From Blepharisma stoltei ATCC 30299 (lineage: Eukaryota > Protista > Ciliophora), in NCBI GenBank assembly GCA_965603825.1, contig CBFDEM010000017.1, positions 248,001-312,000 of the forward strand: a stretch of DNA of 64,000 bases, given 5' to 3'. The stretch's first letter is position 1. Each line of letters opens with the position of its first letter. The notes beneath the pieces are model-generated. The model was given only the letters and a program-made list of their open reading frames with translations, was not told where the DNA came from and made no database searches. The translations under genes were made by a program, and so were the position numbers. Shown here in pieces: positions 11,159 through 20,681 of this stretch.

Positions 11159-14100
11159 TTAGGCCATTATTTTGGTTAGTTTTGATCTTTGTATATCTGT
11201 TAAAGTGGCCCAGATTTGTGGAAGTGTAGGGATACCGGCAGCTTGGATCATTTGTATGATTTGTTTAACTTTTGGTACAGTTTCAGTATTAATTAGCTTA
11301 GTTTCGAGGATTTCTGCAAAGATTTTTACAACATGTTCAAGTCTTTCATTATTTTCGCCAATAGTTAAAGCCATATTGCTAATAGTAATATCAGCTAATA
11401 AGTCATGCATGAGTTTAGCTTCTTCTTTATCACGTCTAAGTGGCAATAAATTAACCCAAGCTGGGACTATTGTAGCTGAGTTAATGCTTCCTGACTGATA
11501 TTTAATAATTTTTCCTAATGCAGCCACTGCATTATCCTTAGCATGCCCATGTGACTTTTTATTTGTTCCCATAGGGAAGTTAATTGATTTATCTAAAGCA
11601 ACCAATATCTGATCAGTCCACGGTGCAAAGGCAGCAGCATTACTAAAAATAGCTAAAATTCCAATTCCATATGAAGCTGCTTGTCTAACTGCATCATTTG
11701 AATCAGCAGTAAACCTAACCAAGGCTTCTGCCAAAGAGCTCCATTTATCACCAGCTAAATCTTGTCCAACAAATTCCACCACATCATCAATCACAAATAT
11801 CGCGAATTTATGGTCTTCATCAGTCGTGTCAGGTGCTAAGAACTTGCTCAATACATGTGAATATAAGAAATTCACAATTTCCAATGAAAATTCTCTATGA
11901 GTTTTAAACAAAGATCCTAAAACTTCAGAAATTTGTGTGTGTAAAGAGTCTTCTTCGTTTTTATTGATTTCTTTAATAAGCTCATCTTCGCTGTCTTCTT
12001 CTCCAAGATCTAAAGCTTTGTTTCTGGCTCTTCTGTCTAATGATGTTTCAAGCATTTTAATTAATTTTTCACCAGAAGCAGTCACTTCTTCAGGTGTCAT
12101 GAACTTATTTTTAGGTCCTTCTATAATGACTTTTATAGCTGCTAATTGAGCGACAATAGTTTCTGTGTCATGCTCAACTGCAGTCGCTTGCCAAAGGGCT
12201 CCTAAATAAAGCCGGGCCATATTGATAACAGCTTGGTCTGACTCAGGAGTGTTTAAAGCTTTGACTGAATTAATAAGAGACCCACACAACGTGGCAGCTG
12301 CTTGCCTTATGTGTTCGTTAGGTGTGTAATTTATTAATGGCAGCACAATAGTGTTAGTTTGTTCTGCATAAGGCGCATATAGTTCTTTAAGAACGTCAAT
12401 AATTGTAATTAAAGCATGCAGAGCTAGGTCTTTGTCTTCTAAATCTGAAGTGCTTATAGACACTTTTTTATTTGCGTCAGAAACTAATGAGGCTAAATCT
12501 ACTAGTGCGTCAGGCTCTGACTCAACTGAGACTATTGCAGACGCTCCTGCAGCACTTAAAAGTCCTGGCAGAATTCCATGAAGATATGGGGCGAAATCAG
12601 CTTGTAGAGTTGCCACAATTCTTTGCCAAGCTCCTAACAAGTAAGCTTTAAGTGGGTCTGAGTCAGTTACTGAGTCCTGGATTTCTTTGAGAAGCATTAT
12701 TGTTTCAGTCACATAAGGGCTGAACATTTCTTTGCCGACAGATGTGCAGATCATGGTCATGCTTTCTATAGCTTTTCCTCTGATTCTTTGGTACTCTTTT
12801 GATGTATAAGCTTTGATAATTCTTAATAAAACGACCATCAGAGGCTGATAATAAGGGTTAAAGCACTCTTTTCCTGAGTCTGCAATGTTAGAAATTACGG
12901 TTAAAATTTGTTCAATTACAATAGAGCAGTTTTGCTGGCTGAATTTTTCTATAATGACTGGCATAATGCCAGCGATATATTCAGAGACGAGGGTTGGGCC
13001 ACAGTTTTCTATGAATTTGCCTAAAGCGTCTGCAGCACTTGCAGCAACCCTTGGGATTGAGTCAGCAATTCCAGCTACTAATAGAGGGACTACAGCTTGG
13101 TGGTGGGCAGATTGGAATTCTTCTTCATAATCTTCACTTAGCTGACCTATACAATGGTAGGCTGCATATCTGATTTTAGGATGCAGATTTGGACTTGTAT
13201 GGGCTTGGAGAACTGGGACGATTTCAGCGATTTTTTCAGCTTCTTCAATGAATTGGCCTAGTTCTGAAATAGTCATAAGGGCTGCATATTTTACTCTCCA
13301 GTCTTCTGAAGGAGTAGTAAGTGCAGATTGAATTAGTCCTAGGACTGTAGGGAGCAAAAATGACTCTCCTACACCTTCTAGCATTTTTGTTAATTGTTTT
13401 CTTCCAAGTTTTGCATAATCAATTTCGACTCCTTCTTCATCTTCGTCATCAGGCTCTTCAAACCCTTCAGGAGGACAAGCCCAGGCAGGGTCAACATCTT
13501 CATCAATACTAAGCATCATCTGGAAAATCTTTGTACATAGGTTAGTTGCAATGTCTTTTTTCTCTTGGAACTCAAGGTTCAATCTTCCAGCCAAAGCGAC
13601 AATGAACTCGAGGGCTAAATGTTTGATTCCTAAGTTCTCAGTTTGCAAGTTACAAACCCTGTCGACGAATTCATACGCAATTTGGATGCGGTTTTTGAAG
13701 TACTTTGGCTCAGTTTCTGCAAGGTCTCTGAGGTGGTTTAAGGCTTCTTCTGCGTGGATTTGGTGGTTTTCGATGATCCAGAAAGCTGAAAGAAGCATAT
13801 TTGGGATGATATCCCAGAAGAATTTCATATCGTCTTTTTCAGCAATTCCTAATAGATTGCCGAGAAAATTGAGGACTGAAAGCCTTAATTCTAATTCATT
13901 GCTGGCTAAATGGGCTATAAACACTTGTTTAAGGCTGTCTTTTTCTTTTACTAGCTCATCATTAAAGAATGTGCACAGACCCGCTAAAATGTGGCAGGCT
14001 GCTGCTGCTTGTTTTCCTTGTCCTGTAAAAGACCGGGTCAGGAACGGCAGAAGCTCAGTCCATTTGTTAGTTTCTTCATCAGCAAATAGTAAAACTGCAA

Positions 14101-14461
14101 GTTCTGCAATAACCTCGCCGATTTTTTTGAGAATTGGCCATGAGGTTTCTTGCTCAAGAGACTCAAGAAGATGGGTTTTGACGATATTTTGGACTTGGGA
14201 GCTTAATTTGTCCCAAACTTTGGTGGAGGAGTGGAGAGAAGTGAAAAGCTGACGGAGAATGACTGAGGATAAAGTGCGGATTGATGAGTCAGGAGAGTGT
14301 CTAAGGATATGCAAAAGGCAAAGGACGAGTTCATTTGGATGTTCATTTCTAAGCTGCATAAGCAAGACTTCCTGCTGCTTTCTGACTTCGTTATTGGGGC
14401 TTAGAACTGCTGTAAGCATGGTAAGAACGCTTTGGATTTGAGCCTCAGACACACCTTCCAT
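11159..14461 (-). CDS. IPO5: Importin-5 / karyopherin beta-3 (Kap121-like)
   Basis: 1100-aa HEAT-repeat ORF; SPNNEVRK, WRVKYAALMTISELG, HPKIRYAA..CIGQLS, RGKAIESMT, VRQAASYGIG, DNAVAALGKI, WVNLLPLRRD.EEA. Confidence 0.88.
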   Translation of the reverse strand: MEGVSEAQIQSVLTMLTAVLSPNNEVRKQQEVLLMQLRNEHPNELVLCLLHILRHSPDSSIRTLSSVILRQLFTSLHSSTKVWDKLSSQVQNIVKTHLLESLEQETSWPILKKIGEVIAELAVLLFADEETNKWTELLPFLTRSFTGQGKQAAAACHILAGLCTFFNDELVKEKDSLKQVFIAHLASNELELRLSVLNFLGNLLGIAEKDDMKFFWDIIPNMLLSAFWIIENHQIHAEEALNHLRDLAETEPKYFKNRIQIAYEFVDRVCNLQTENLGIKHLALEFIVALAGRLNLEFQEKKDIATNLCTKIFQMMLSIDEDVDPAWACPPEGFEEPDDEDEEGVEIDYAKLGRKQLTKMLEGVGESFLLPTVLGLIQSALTTPSEDWRVKYAALMTISELGQFIEEAEKIAEIVPVLQAHTSPNLHPKIRYAAYHCIGQLSEDYEEEFQSAHHQAVVPLLVAGIADSIPRVAASAADALGKFIENCGPTLVSEYIAGIMPVIIEKFSQQNCSIVIEQILTVISNIADSGKECFNPYYQPLMVVLLRIIKAYTSKEYQRIRGKAIESMTMICTSVGKEMFSPYVTETIMLLKEIQDSVTDSDPLKAYLLGAWQRIVATLQADFAPYLHGILPGLLSAAGASAIVSVESEPDALVDLASLVSDANKKVSISTSDLEDKDLALHALITIIDVLKELYAPYAEQTNTIVLPLINYTPNEHIRQAAATLCGSLINSVKALNTPESDQAVINMARLYLGALWQATAVEHDTETIVAQLAAIKVIIEGPKNKFMTPEEVTASGEKLIKMLETSLDRRARNKALDLGEEDSEDELIKEINKNEEDSLHTQISEVLGSLFKTHREFSLEIVNFLYSHVLSKFLAPDTTDEDHKFAIFVIDDVVEFVGQDLAGDKWSSLAEALVRFTADSNDAVRQAASYGIGILAIFSNAAAFAPWTDQILVALDKSINFPMGTNKKSHGHAKDNAVAALGKIIKYQSGSINSATIVPAWVNLLPLRRDKEEAKLMHDLLADITISNMALTIGENNERLEHVVKIFAEILETKLINTETVPKVKQIIQMIQAAGIPTLPQIWATLTDIQRSKLTKIMA

Positions 14462-14870
14462 TTCACACCGCTAAATAATAAATAGGGACTATGGGGTAAA
14501 GAATGCTAAGTAAAATGTATATGGCAATAGAAAATTTAGAAATAGGATAATTATTTTTTGGAAATAAAATTATTTAATATTGATGAAATTGTTATTTGTG
14601 CTAATTAATTTTTGATTTAATACCATATAATAAATATAATTTGTTCATATGAAAATGCTTTCAATAGGTGGCATCAGTTTGATTCAATTAGCCTTATTAA
14701 TTATTTGATGTAATTCAGGAAATATTATAATTTTATATTCCAATATAATTTAGGATTGATAATTAGATTATTATATAAATATATAATTGAAAAATAAGAC
14801 TTAATTGTAGCAATCTCTCTATTTTTTATTTAACCATTAGAAAAGATTTTTTTAGGTATGCGTCATAAAA

Positions 14871-16298
14871 ATGACCGATTCAGAAAATAATAAAACCATT
14901 ATGAAATTATCAATTTTTCGACAAATCGACGAAGATGCAAATAAGTCATGTGCTTTTTGGCACAAGCCAGATGAGAAGTCTATAATCGATATTAACACAA
15001 ATAAACTTCATCAAGGAAATCTGCTTATAACAAATGGAAAAGGATCATTTCAGAACAATTTTTATGTGCTGACAACTAGTTCATTATATAAATATAAAGA
15101 AAACAACAAAGATCTAGAATCAGTATCAAATATCAGATGGAAAATTTTAGAGCCTTTTCTAGAAGTAAATTCCCATATAGCAAGACAAGGCTTTAAGCTC
15201 CACCAAAACGAAAATTCTCAAGACTTTTACACAGATAATACCGAAGATCTAGATATCTGGGTTAGCATGCTCTCAAAAGTCTCAATTCTAACAGACGTAG
15301 AAGATGACTATGCAATTATCAAAACTCTAGGAAAAGGAAGCTACGCTACAGTATATTTAGTTGACGATTTAGATTCATATGACAACTATGCTTTAAAATC
15401 CATAGATAAATCATACATTACTAATCAAAGGGCTGTATCGACCGTAGTAAGCGAAATTGAGATTTTAAGAATGATTGACCACCCAAATGTCACGAAATTA
15501 TATAGAGTTTATGAAAGTGAGGGTCATGTACATTTGATTATGGATTATGTCCCGGGGATTAATATGCTGCAAAAAATAATGAAAGTTGAAAAATTTTCTG
15601 AAAAAAAAGCTGTGATATTTCTTTATGATATGCTGGATATTCTTTGTTACCTCCATTCTAAAAATATTGTACATAGAGATATAAAATTAGAAAATATTAT
15701 TGTCTGTTCAGAAAATCCTTTAAAATTCAAACTTCTCGACTTCGGACTGTCTGGGATTAGCAGCAGCAACGACCAAACTATAAGGTGTGGATCCCCAGGC
15801 TATATCGCCCCTGAAATTTTAAAAAAACAAAGATATGGGGTAAAAATTGACATGTTTGGGCTAGGAGTATGTTTATTTATGATTTTATCAGGGAGATCTC
15901 CTTTCCCTGGTAAAGATCTCAAAGAAATTTTGAAAGCAAATAAAAAGGGGATTATTTATTTTGCTCCAATCCATTGGAAATTAATTTCAAAAGATGCAGC
16001 TGACCTCATATTGAAATTGTGCCAACCTGAGCCTGAGCTAAGACTTTCAGCCAAAGAAGCATTAAACCATGCATGGTTGAAAAAGGTAAATAAAGAAGGA
16101 AAAGGAAGACTATCATTTTTGAAAAATGTCACAGAAATTCCGAAAAATAATCATATTTTTCCTGTCTCTTCTGTTGAAGATATCCGTGATATTTCTGTGG
16201 TTATTAATCACCCTGTTGATGGGGTTGCTAATAAGTTAATTAGAAGATCGTCAATTGGAGGAGAGGCAACTGTTGCTCATAGAAAAGTTATTAGATAG
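14871..16298 (+). CDS. Ser/Thr protein kinase (CAMK group) with N-terminal PH-like region
   Basis: LGKGSYATV, ALK, HRDIKLEN, DFG, CGSPGYIAPE motifs. Confidence 0.9.
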   Translation: MTDSENNKTIMKLSIFRQIDEDANKSCAFWHKPDEKSIIDINTNKLHQGNLLITNGKGSFQNNFYVLTTSSLYKYKENNKDLESVSNIRWKILEPFLEVNSHIARQGFKLHQNENSQDFYTDNTEDLDIWVSMLSKVSILTDVEDDYAIIKTLGKGSYATVYLVDDLDSYDNYALKSIDKSYITNQRAVSTVVSEIEILRMIDHPNVTKLYRVYESEGHVHLIMDYVPGINMLQKIMKVEKFSEKKAVIFLYDMLDILCYLHSKNIVHRDIKLENIIVCSENPLKFKLLDFGLSGISSSNDQTIRCGSPGYIAPEILKKQRYGVKIDMFGLGVCLFMILSGRSPFPGKDLKEILKANKKGIIYFAPIHWKLISKDAADLILKLCQPEPELRLSAKEALNHAWLKKVNKEGKGRLSFLKNVTEIPKNNHIFPVSSVEDIRDISVVINHPVDGVANKLIRRSSIGGEATVAHRKVIR

Positions 16299-16379
16299 AC
16301 TTATATATAGCTAAATTTTTTTGTATATAATTATTTCATATTTTAAAATCCAAATAAATATATAAAATAGAATTTAGGC

Positions 16380-16700
16380 ATCAAATTCTTGATATTTCAT
16401 GCCATAAACAGCAGATTTATGAGTTTGATGTTAGAAAAATGGCTTGAAATTCAAAAGAAGTTAAATTTTAAATAGAATATAAGTTGAATATAAAATTCTT
16501 TGTCAAAATTTCTGGTGAGGATGTATTATGCTATGAATATGATAGTTCTTTTTACAAAGGAAGACGTTTAATATCAATAAAAATGGGAAATAGGGATGCT
16601 TGGTTTAGCTAGAAAAAACTATTCACAGTGTCCCAAATCTTGAACATTATTATAAAACACTTAAAGGGATAAGTGCCAAAATTATATTAATATATTGTCA
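16380..16700 (+). pseudogene. Decayed third copy (N-terminal part) of the propeller-like/UNG-like family
   Basis: QILDISCHKQQIYEFDVRKMA(W)NSK...YKILCQ..ISGEDVLCYEYDSSFYKGR..NINKNGK matches the N-termini at 16913 and 18571 but contains TAA/TAG and frameshifts. Confidence 0.75.
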
Positions 16701-16912
16701 ATTGCGTTATATATGAATGTAATCATGCATCTGCCATCTTTCAGTGAATCCAAGCCTTAAAAATAAAGCAAGCTGAGATTATTACGAGCTAAGAATAGAA
16801 GGTACCCTGAAAAACAGCTTGCTGCTTTCTTACGGTTGAAAATGAAGAGGCTCACAATATATTTGATATCACGAAAATTTCTCTATTAGAAAGTAATAAT
16901 TAAAATAGCTAA

Positions 16913-18328
16913 ATGGATAACACTATACATACAGTACTAGATGTTGCACCCAAAAGCCGCCAGCTTCACAGAGTAGATTTAAGAACAAAGACTTATAGTT
17001 GCACTAAAATTCAAAAATTAAAAAATAGGCAAATTGACTATAAAGTTGTCTGTCAACTTTCAGATGACCAACTATTATGCTATTACTATGACAATTCCTT
17101 TAAAAAAGGACGGATATTTTATATCAACAGTAGTGGAAATATTTCTTATGGAGGTTTCTTTGATTTTCTAAAAACAGTTGCAGCACTCTGAGCACATATC
17201 TGTCAATACCTCTATAATAATGTAAAGGGAATAAAATATAAAAATTACGTTTACCTTATGGGACAACACTGTGGTATACTCAGGTATAATTTACTCAAAA
17301 ATACTTGTTCAACTGTTTTACAAATTAATTTTGGTGCCTATTCATTAGCAATAATTGATGATAAAATTTTAATAGTTGGAAGCCAAGGAAGAGCTTTAAT
17401 ATATGATTGTAGCATCAACTCAGTTTCATCTGCATTCACTTTCCAATCATTATGATCCATAAGCATAGGGACTATTAATAAGACGTTTTTTCTAATAGAT
17501 TATCAAGGGGTTGTAGTAAAATCAGGAGAATTGAATCCATACGAATGAACACTTTTAGGCAAAATTTTTTTACATCGTATAAATCTTATTGAATCTAATA
17601 TGTTGAATTATGACAATTTGACTTACTTCTTCAGCAAAGGCAATCTTTATAAGTTTGATTTAGAATATCTTAATTTCTCTAAAATTCACTTTGCTTTTGG
17701 AAAAAAAGAACCTTATTTTGAGTATACAATGCAGTCACTAAAATTTATAGATATTACAATTAATGCAGAATTAAACAGTTGGGCTGATGCATTTAAACCT
17801 ATTGAACATTATTTTATTAACCAAACAAATTATATTGAACAAATTCTGCAGATAGCCTTTAATCCTAGCGATTTCCCAATTAAATTTTTAGTGGAATATC
17901 CTGTATTTGAAAATCGAAAAGTAATAATAATTGATGGCCAAGATAGTTATGGATTAATGAACTGATTGAATTATGATCGTGAGCTATTTGGTTGTAAGAA
18001 TAAATGCCTGAGTATGCAAGATTATTGGAATAACAATATACGCAGTCTAAAAAATTGATCAAAACAAGGAGTTATTGTTCCAAATCTTTCATGAATGGTT
18101 TATAGAGGCGCGCCAATTAAAGAAATTATAGAAATATTTAAAAATGGAAAAAAAGGATTGATATGGTTATTAATTGGCAGGAATTCAAGAGTTTATTATG
18201 AATTTATCTATCAAAACGAGGATAAAGTGATTTATAGTTATGATCCTGAAGATAAACCTTTTCAGTTGGTTAATCAATTTTTAAAAGAAGCTGGAGAAGA
18301 AGAAATTGATTGGAGAATATGGATATAA
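16913..18328 (+). CDS. 471-aa protein: beta-rich (propeller-like) N-terminus plus degenerate uracil-DNA-glycosylase (UNG family 1)-like C-terminal domain, copy 1
   Basis: Four track ORFs are one frame via six TGA. C-terminus SWADAF..KVIIIDGQDSY..SLKN(W)SKQGVIVPN..KKGLIWLLIG..KVIYSYDP..KPFQLVNQFLKEAGEEEIDW parallels UNG motifs in order. Confidence 0.8.
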
Positions 18329-18570
18329 TTCTTAATAAATTACAGAAAAAATCTACGTATTTCATTAAGATATTATTTTAGCTTCCTTTTGATGGGTAAG
18401 ATTTCAATTTTAATAGTTACTTCAATATATATTATTTAATTATCTAAACTTTTCAATAAATATTTTGAAGCCTATATTAATTATCAAAAAAACTTCAATC
18501 TTTCTTAATTTCGGTAAATTTTTCTTAATTAGAAAACTCGGACTAAGCTTAACAAAAATATAATAAATTA

Positions 18571-19992
18571 ATGGAAAGCTCCATGAACACAATTCTTGAT
18601 GCTTCATCTAGCAGCTGCGAACTGTATGAGGTTGACTTAAGAACAATGGCTTATAAGTCAAATAAAATCAAAATTCCAAAGGATAGAAGAAAATTTATAT
18701 ATAAAACTCTCTGCCAAATTTCTGATGAACAACTATTATGTTTTCGTTATGATAGCCAAGTGAATATAGGAAGAATTTTTTATATTGATAATAATGGAAA
18801 GATAGCCCATGGGTCTTGGGTTAATTTACCTAATAATATATCAATACGCCTTCGAGCTTATAAAAATTATTGCAAAAACATAAAAGGAATAAAATACCAA
18901 AACAATGTTTATATTATATTCGATTATTTTTATATTTTAAGGTACAATTTATTGAAAAATATTTGCTTGAGCGGAATTTGCATGGAATTATATAAATGCT
19001 ATTCATGTGCAATAATTGAAGACAAAATTTTAATATCCAATGTAGGTAGCAAAACTTTTATATATGATTGCAGCATCAATTCTATTTCATTTATTTCTGA
19101 AAAGGTTCTATGATATGAAAATTTTGTAGGAGCAATTGATAGAAGTTTCTTTATGATAACTTATTCTGGTGTTATTATGATATCAGAAGAATTAAATCCA
19201 TACAAATGAAATATCATTGGTAAAACCACCTTAAATCCAAATCATTATTTCCCATCATCCAGCTTTAACTATGGTAATTTTGCATTTATTTTATGCAAAA
19301 ACAATTTATATAAATTTGATTTGAAAAACGTTGAATTTAAAAAATTTAATTTTCCTATTAATGGAAAAGGAACAGTTTCTGTGCAAAATATATTATCTTT
19401 AAAATTTATGTCTTTCACAAATGAGAATAACCTACATAGTTGGGTTCATGCCTTTAGACCAATTAAACATTATTTTAAAGACTCTGAAAAAAACTATATT
19501 GAGTCAATTCTTTGTATGATTTTCCAGATTGAGGGCTTTCCCCCTAAATTTGCTTTTGAGTATCCTGCATTAGAGGAAAGAAGAGTCATAATAATTAATA
19601 ATGATTATTGATTTGATATGAGAAGCTATTTAAAGAACGATCCTAAATTATTTAATTACCAAAAAGAGTACAGCGATTCTATGAAATATATATTTGATTT
19701 CTGCATTTTTAGTCTTAAAAATTGATCAAAGCAAGGGGTAATTATACCAGACATTAGTTTTATGAAAAGAAATCATGTGACATATGAAGAAATAATTGAA
19801 ACTTTCAAAAATGGAAAAAAAGGGTTGATATGAGTTCTTATTGGAAAATTATCAATGCCTTATCTTAAATTTATTAATCAGAATGAGGATAAAGCTATTG
19901 TAAGTTATTCTCCTTTTGATCACCCTTTTCGCCAAGTCAATGAATACTTAAGGGAAACTGGAGAAAACGAAATTGACTGGAAGATATGGTAG
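18571..19992 (+). CDS. 473-aa paralog of the propeller-like/UNG-like fusion, copy 2
   Basis: Continuous frame via TGA to TAG 19990-19992; collinear with copy 1 (SWVHAF, RVIIINNDY, SLKN(W)SKQGVIIPD, KKGLI(W)VLIG, HPFRQVNEYLRETGENEIDW). Confidence 0.8.
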
Positions 19993-20106
19993 AAAGCATA
20001 TTAGCTGCATTTAAAATAAAACAAATTATTTATTGAGCTGACTATTGAATAATACTAAAATTAATGTCATTTAAATATGAATACATACTATTAATTTTCA
20101 AATAAA

Positions 20107-20583
20107 ATGATTCAATATAATACAATCCTCAAGCTTATAGCTGATATTGACAAAACTCAAAAGTCAATTTTGAATATGGAAAAGCCTGACTTTTCACATT
20201 ACGAAGTCCAAATCTCTCAAATTTCTGAAGAAATCCAAGCATTAAATAACACAGACAGCTTAAGACGTTTGGAAAGCGAAATTAAAACTTTAGAAGGCCA
20301 AATTGAGCATGAAGATATATCTTTAGAACTTCTAAAAGAAAGCAACCTTGAAACTCAAGAGAAAATAAAAAATATTGGAAAAGATATAGCTGACTATGAA
20401 TACCGCCTTCGAGAATGTAAAAAAAATTACGAAAATGAATCCAAAAAAATAGACACGCTTCTTCATGAACAATTGCTACAGAATATCGAAAGAAGAAATA
20501 ATCTTCAAAGATTGCAGCTTCAGTGCATTGATAATAAAAGAAATAGCAGATCTTCTGTAATTCCTCCAAGTCTCATTAAATAG
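20107..20583 (+). CDS. Hypothetical coiled-coil protein
   Basis: 158-aa heptad-rich ORF ending TAG. Confidence 0.65.
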   Translation: MIQYNTILKLIADIDKTQKSILNMEKPDFSHYEVQISQISEEIQALNNTDSLRRLESEIKTLEGQIEHEDISLELLKESNLETQEKIKNIGKDIADYEYRLRECKKNYENESKKIDTLLHEQLLQNIERRNNLQRLQLQCIDNKRNSRSSVIPPSLIK

Positions 20584-20681
20584 TGTAAAATAATCTTATT
20601 CATAGTCATTTAATTTCTGTTCATTTCGATACAAGCTAATATAAAAATACGCGCGAAAAAGATGCTATTAGCATTATAAAA

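Noticed and set aside
11172-14441. Long + strand ORFs antisense to importin-5 (also antisense ORFs in Rab8, TOP2, m-AAA)
   Set aside because: Shadow ORFs of codon-biased genes; no motifs, Ser/Phe-rich translations.
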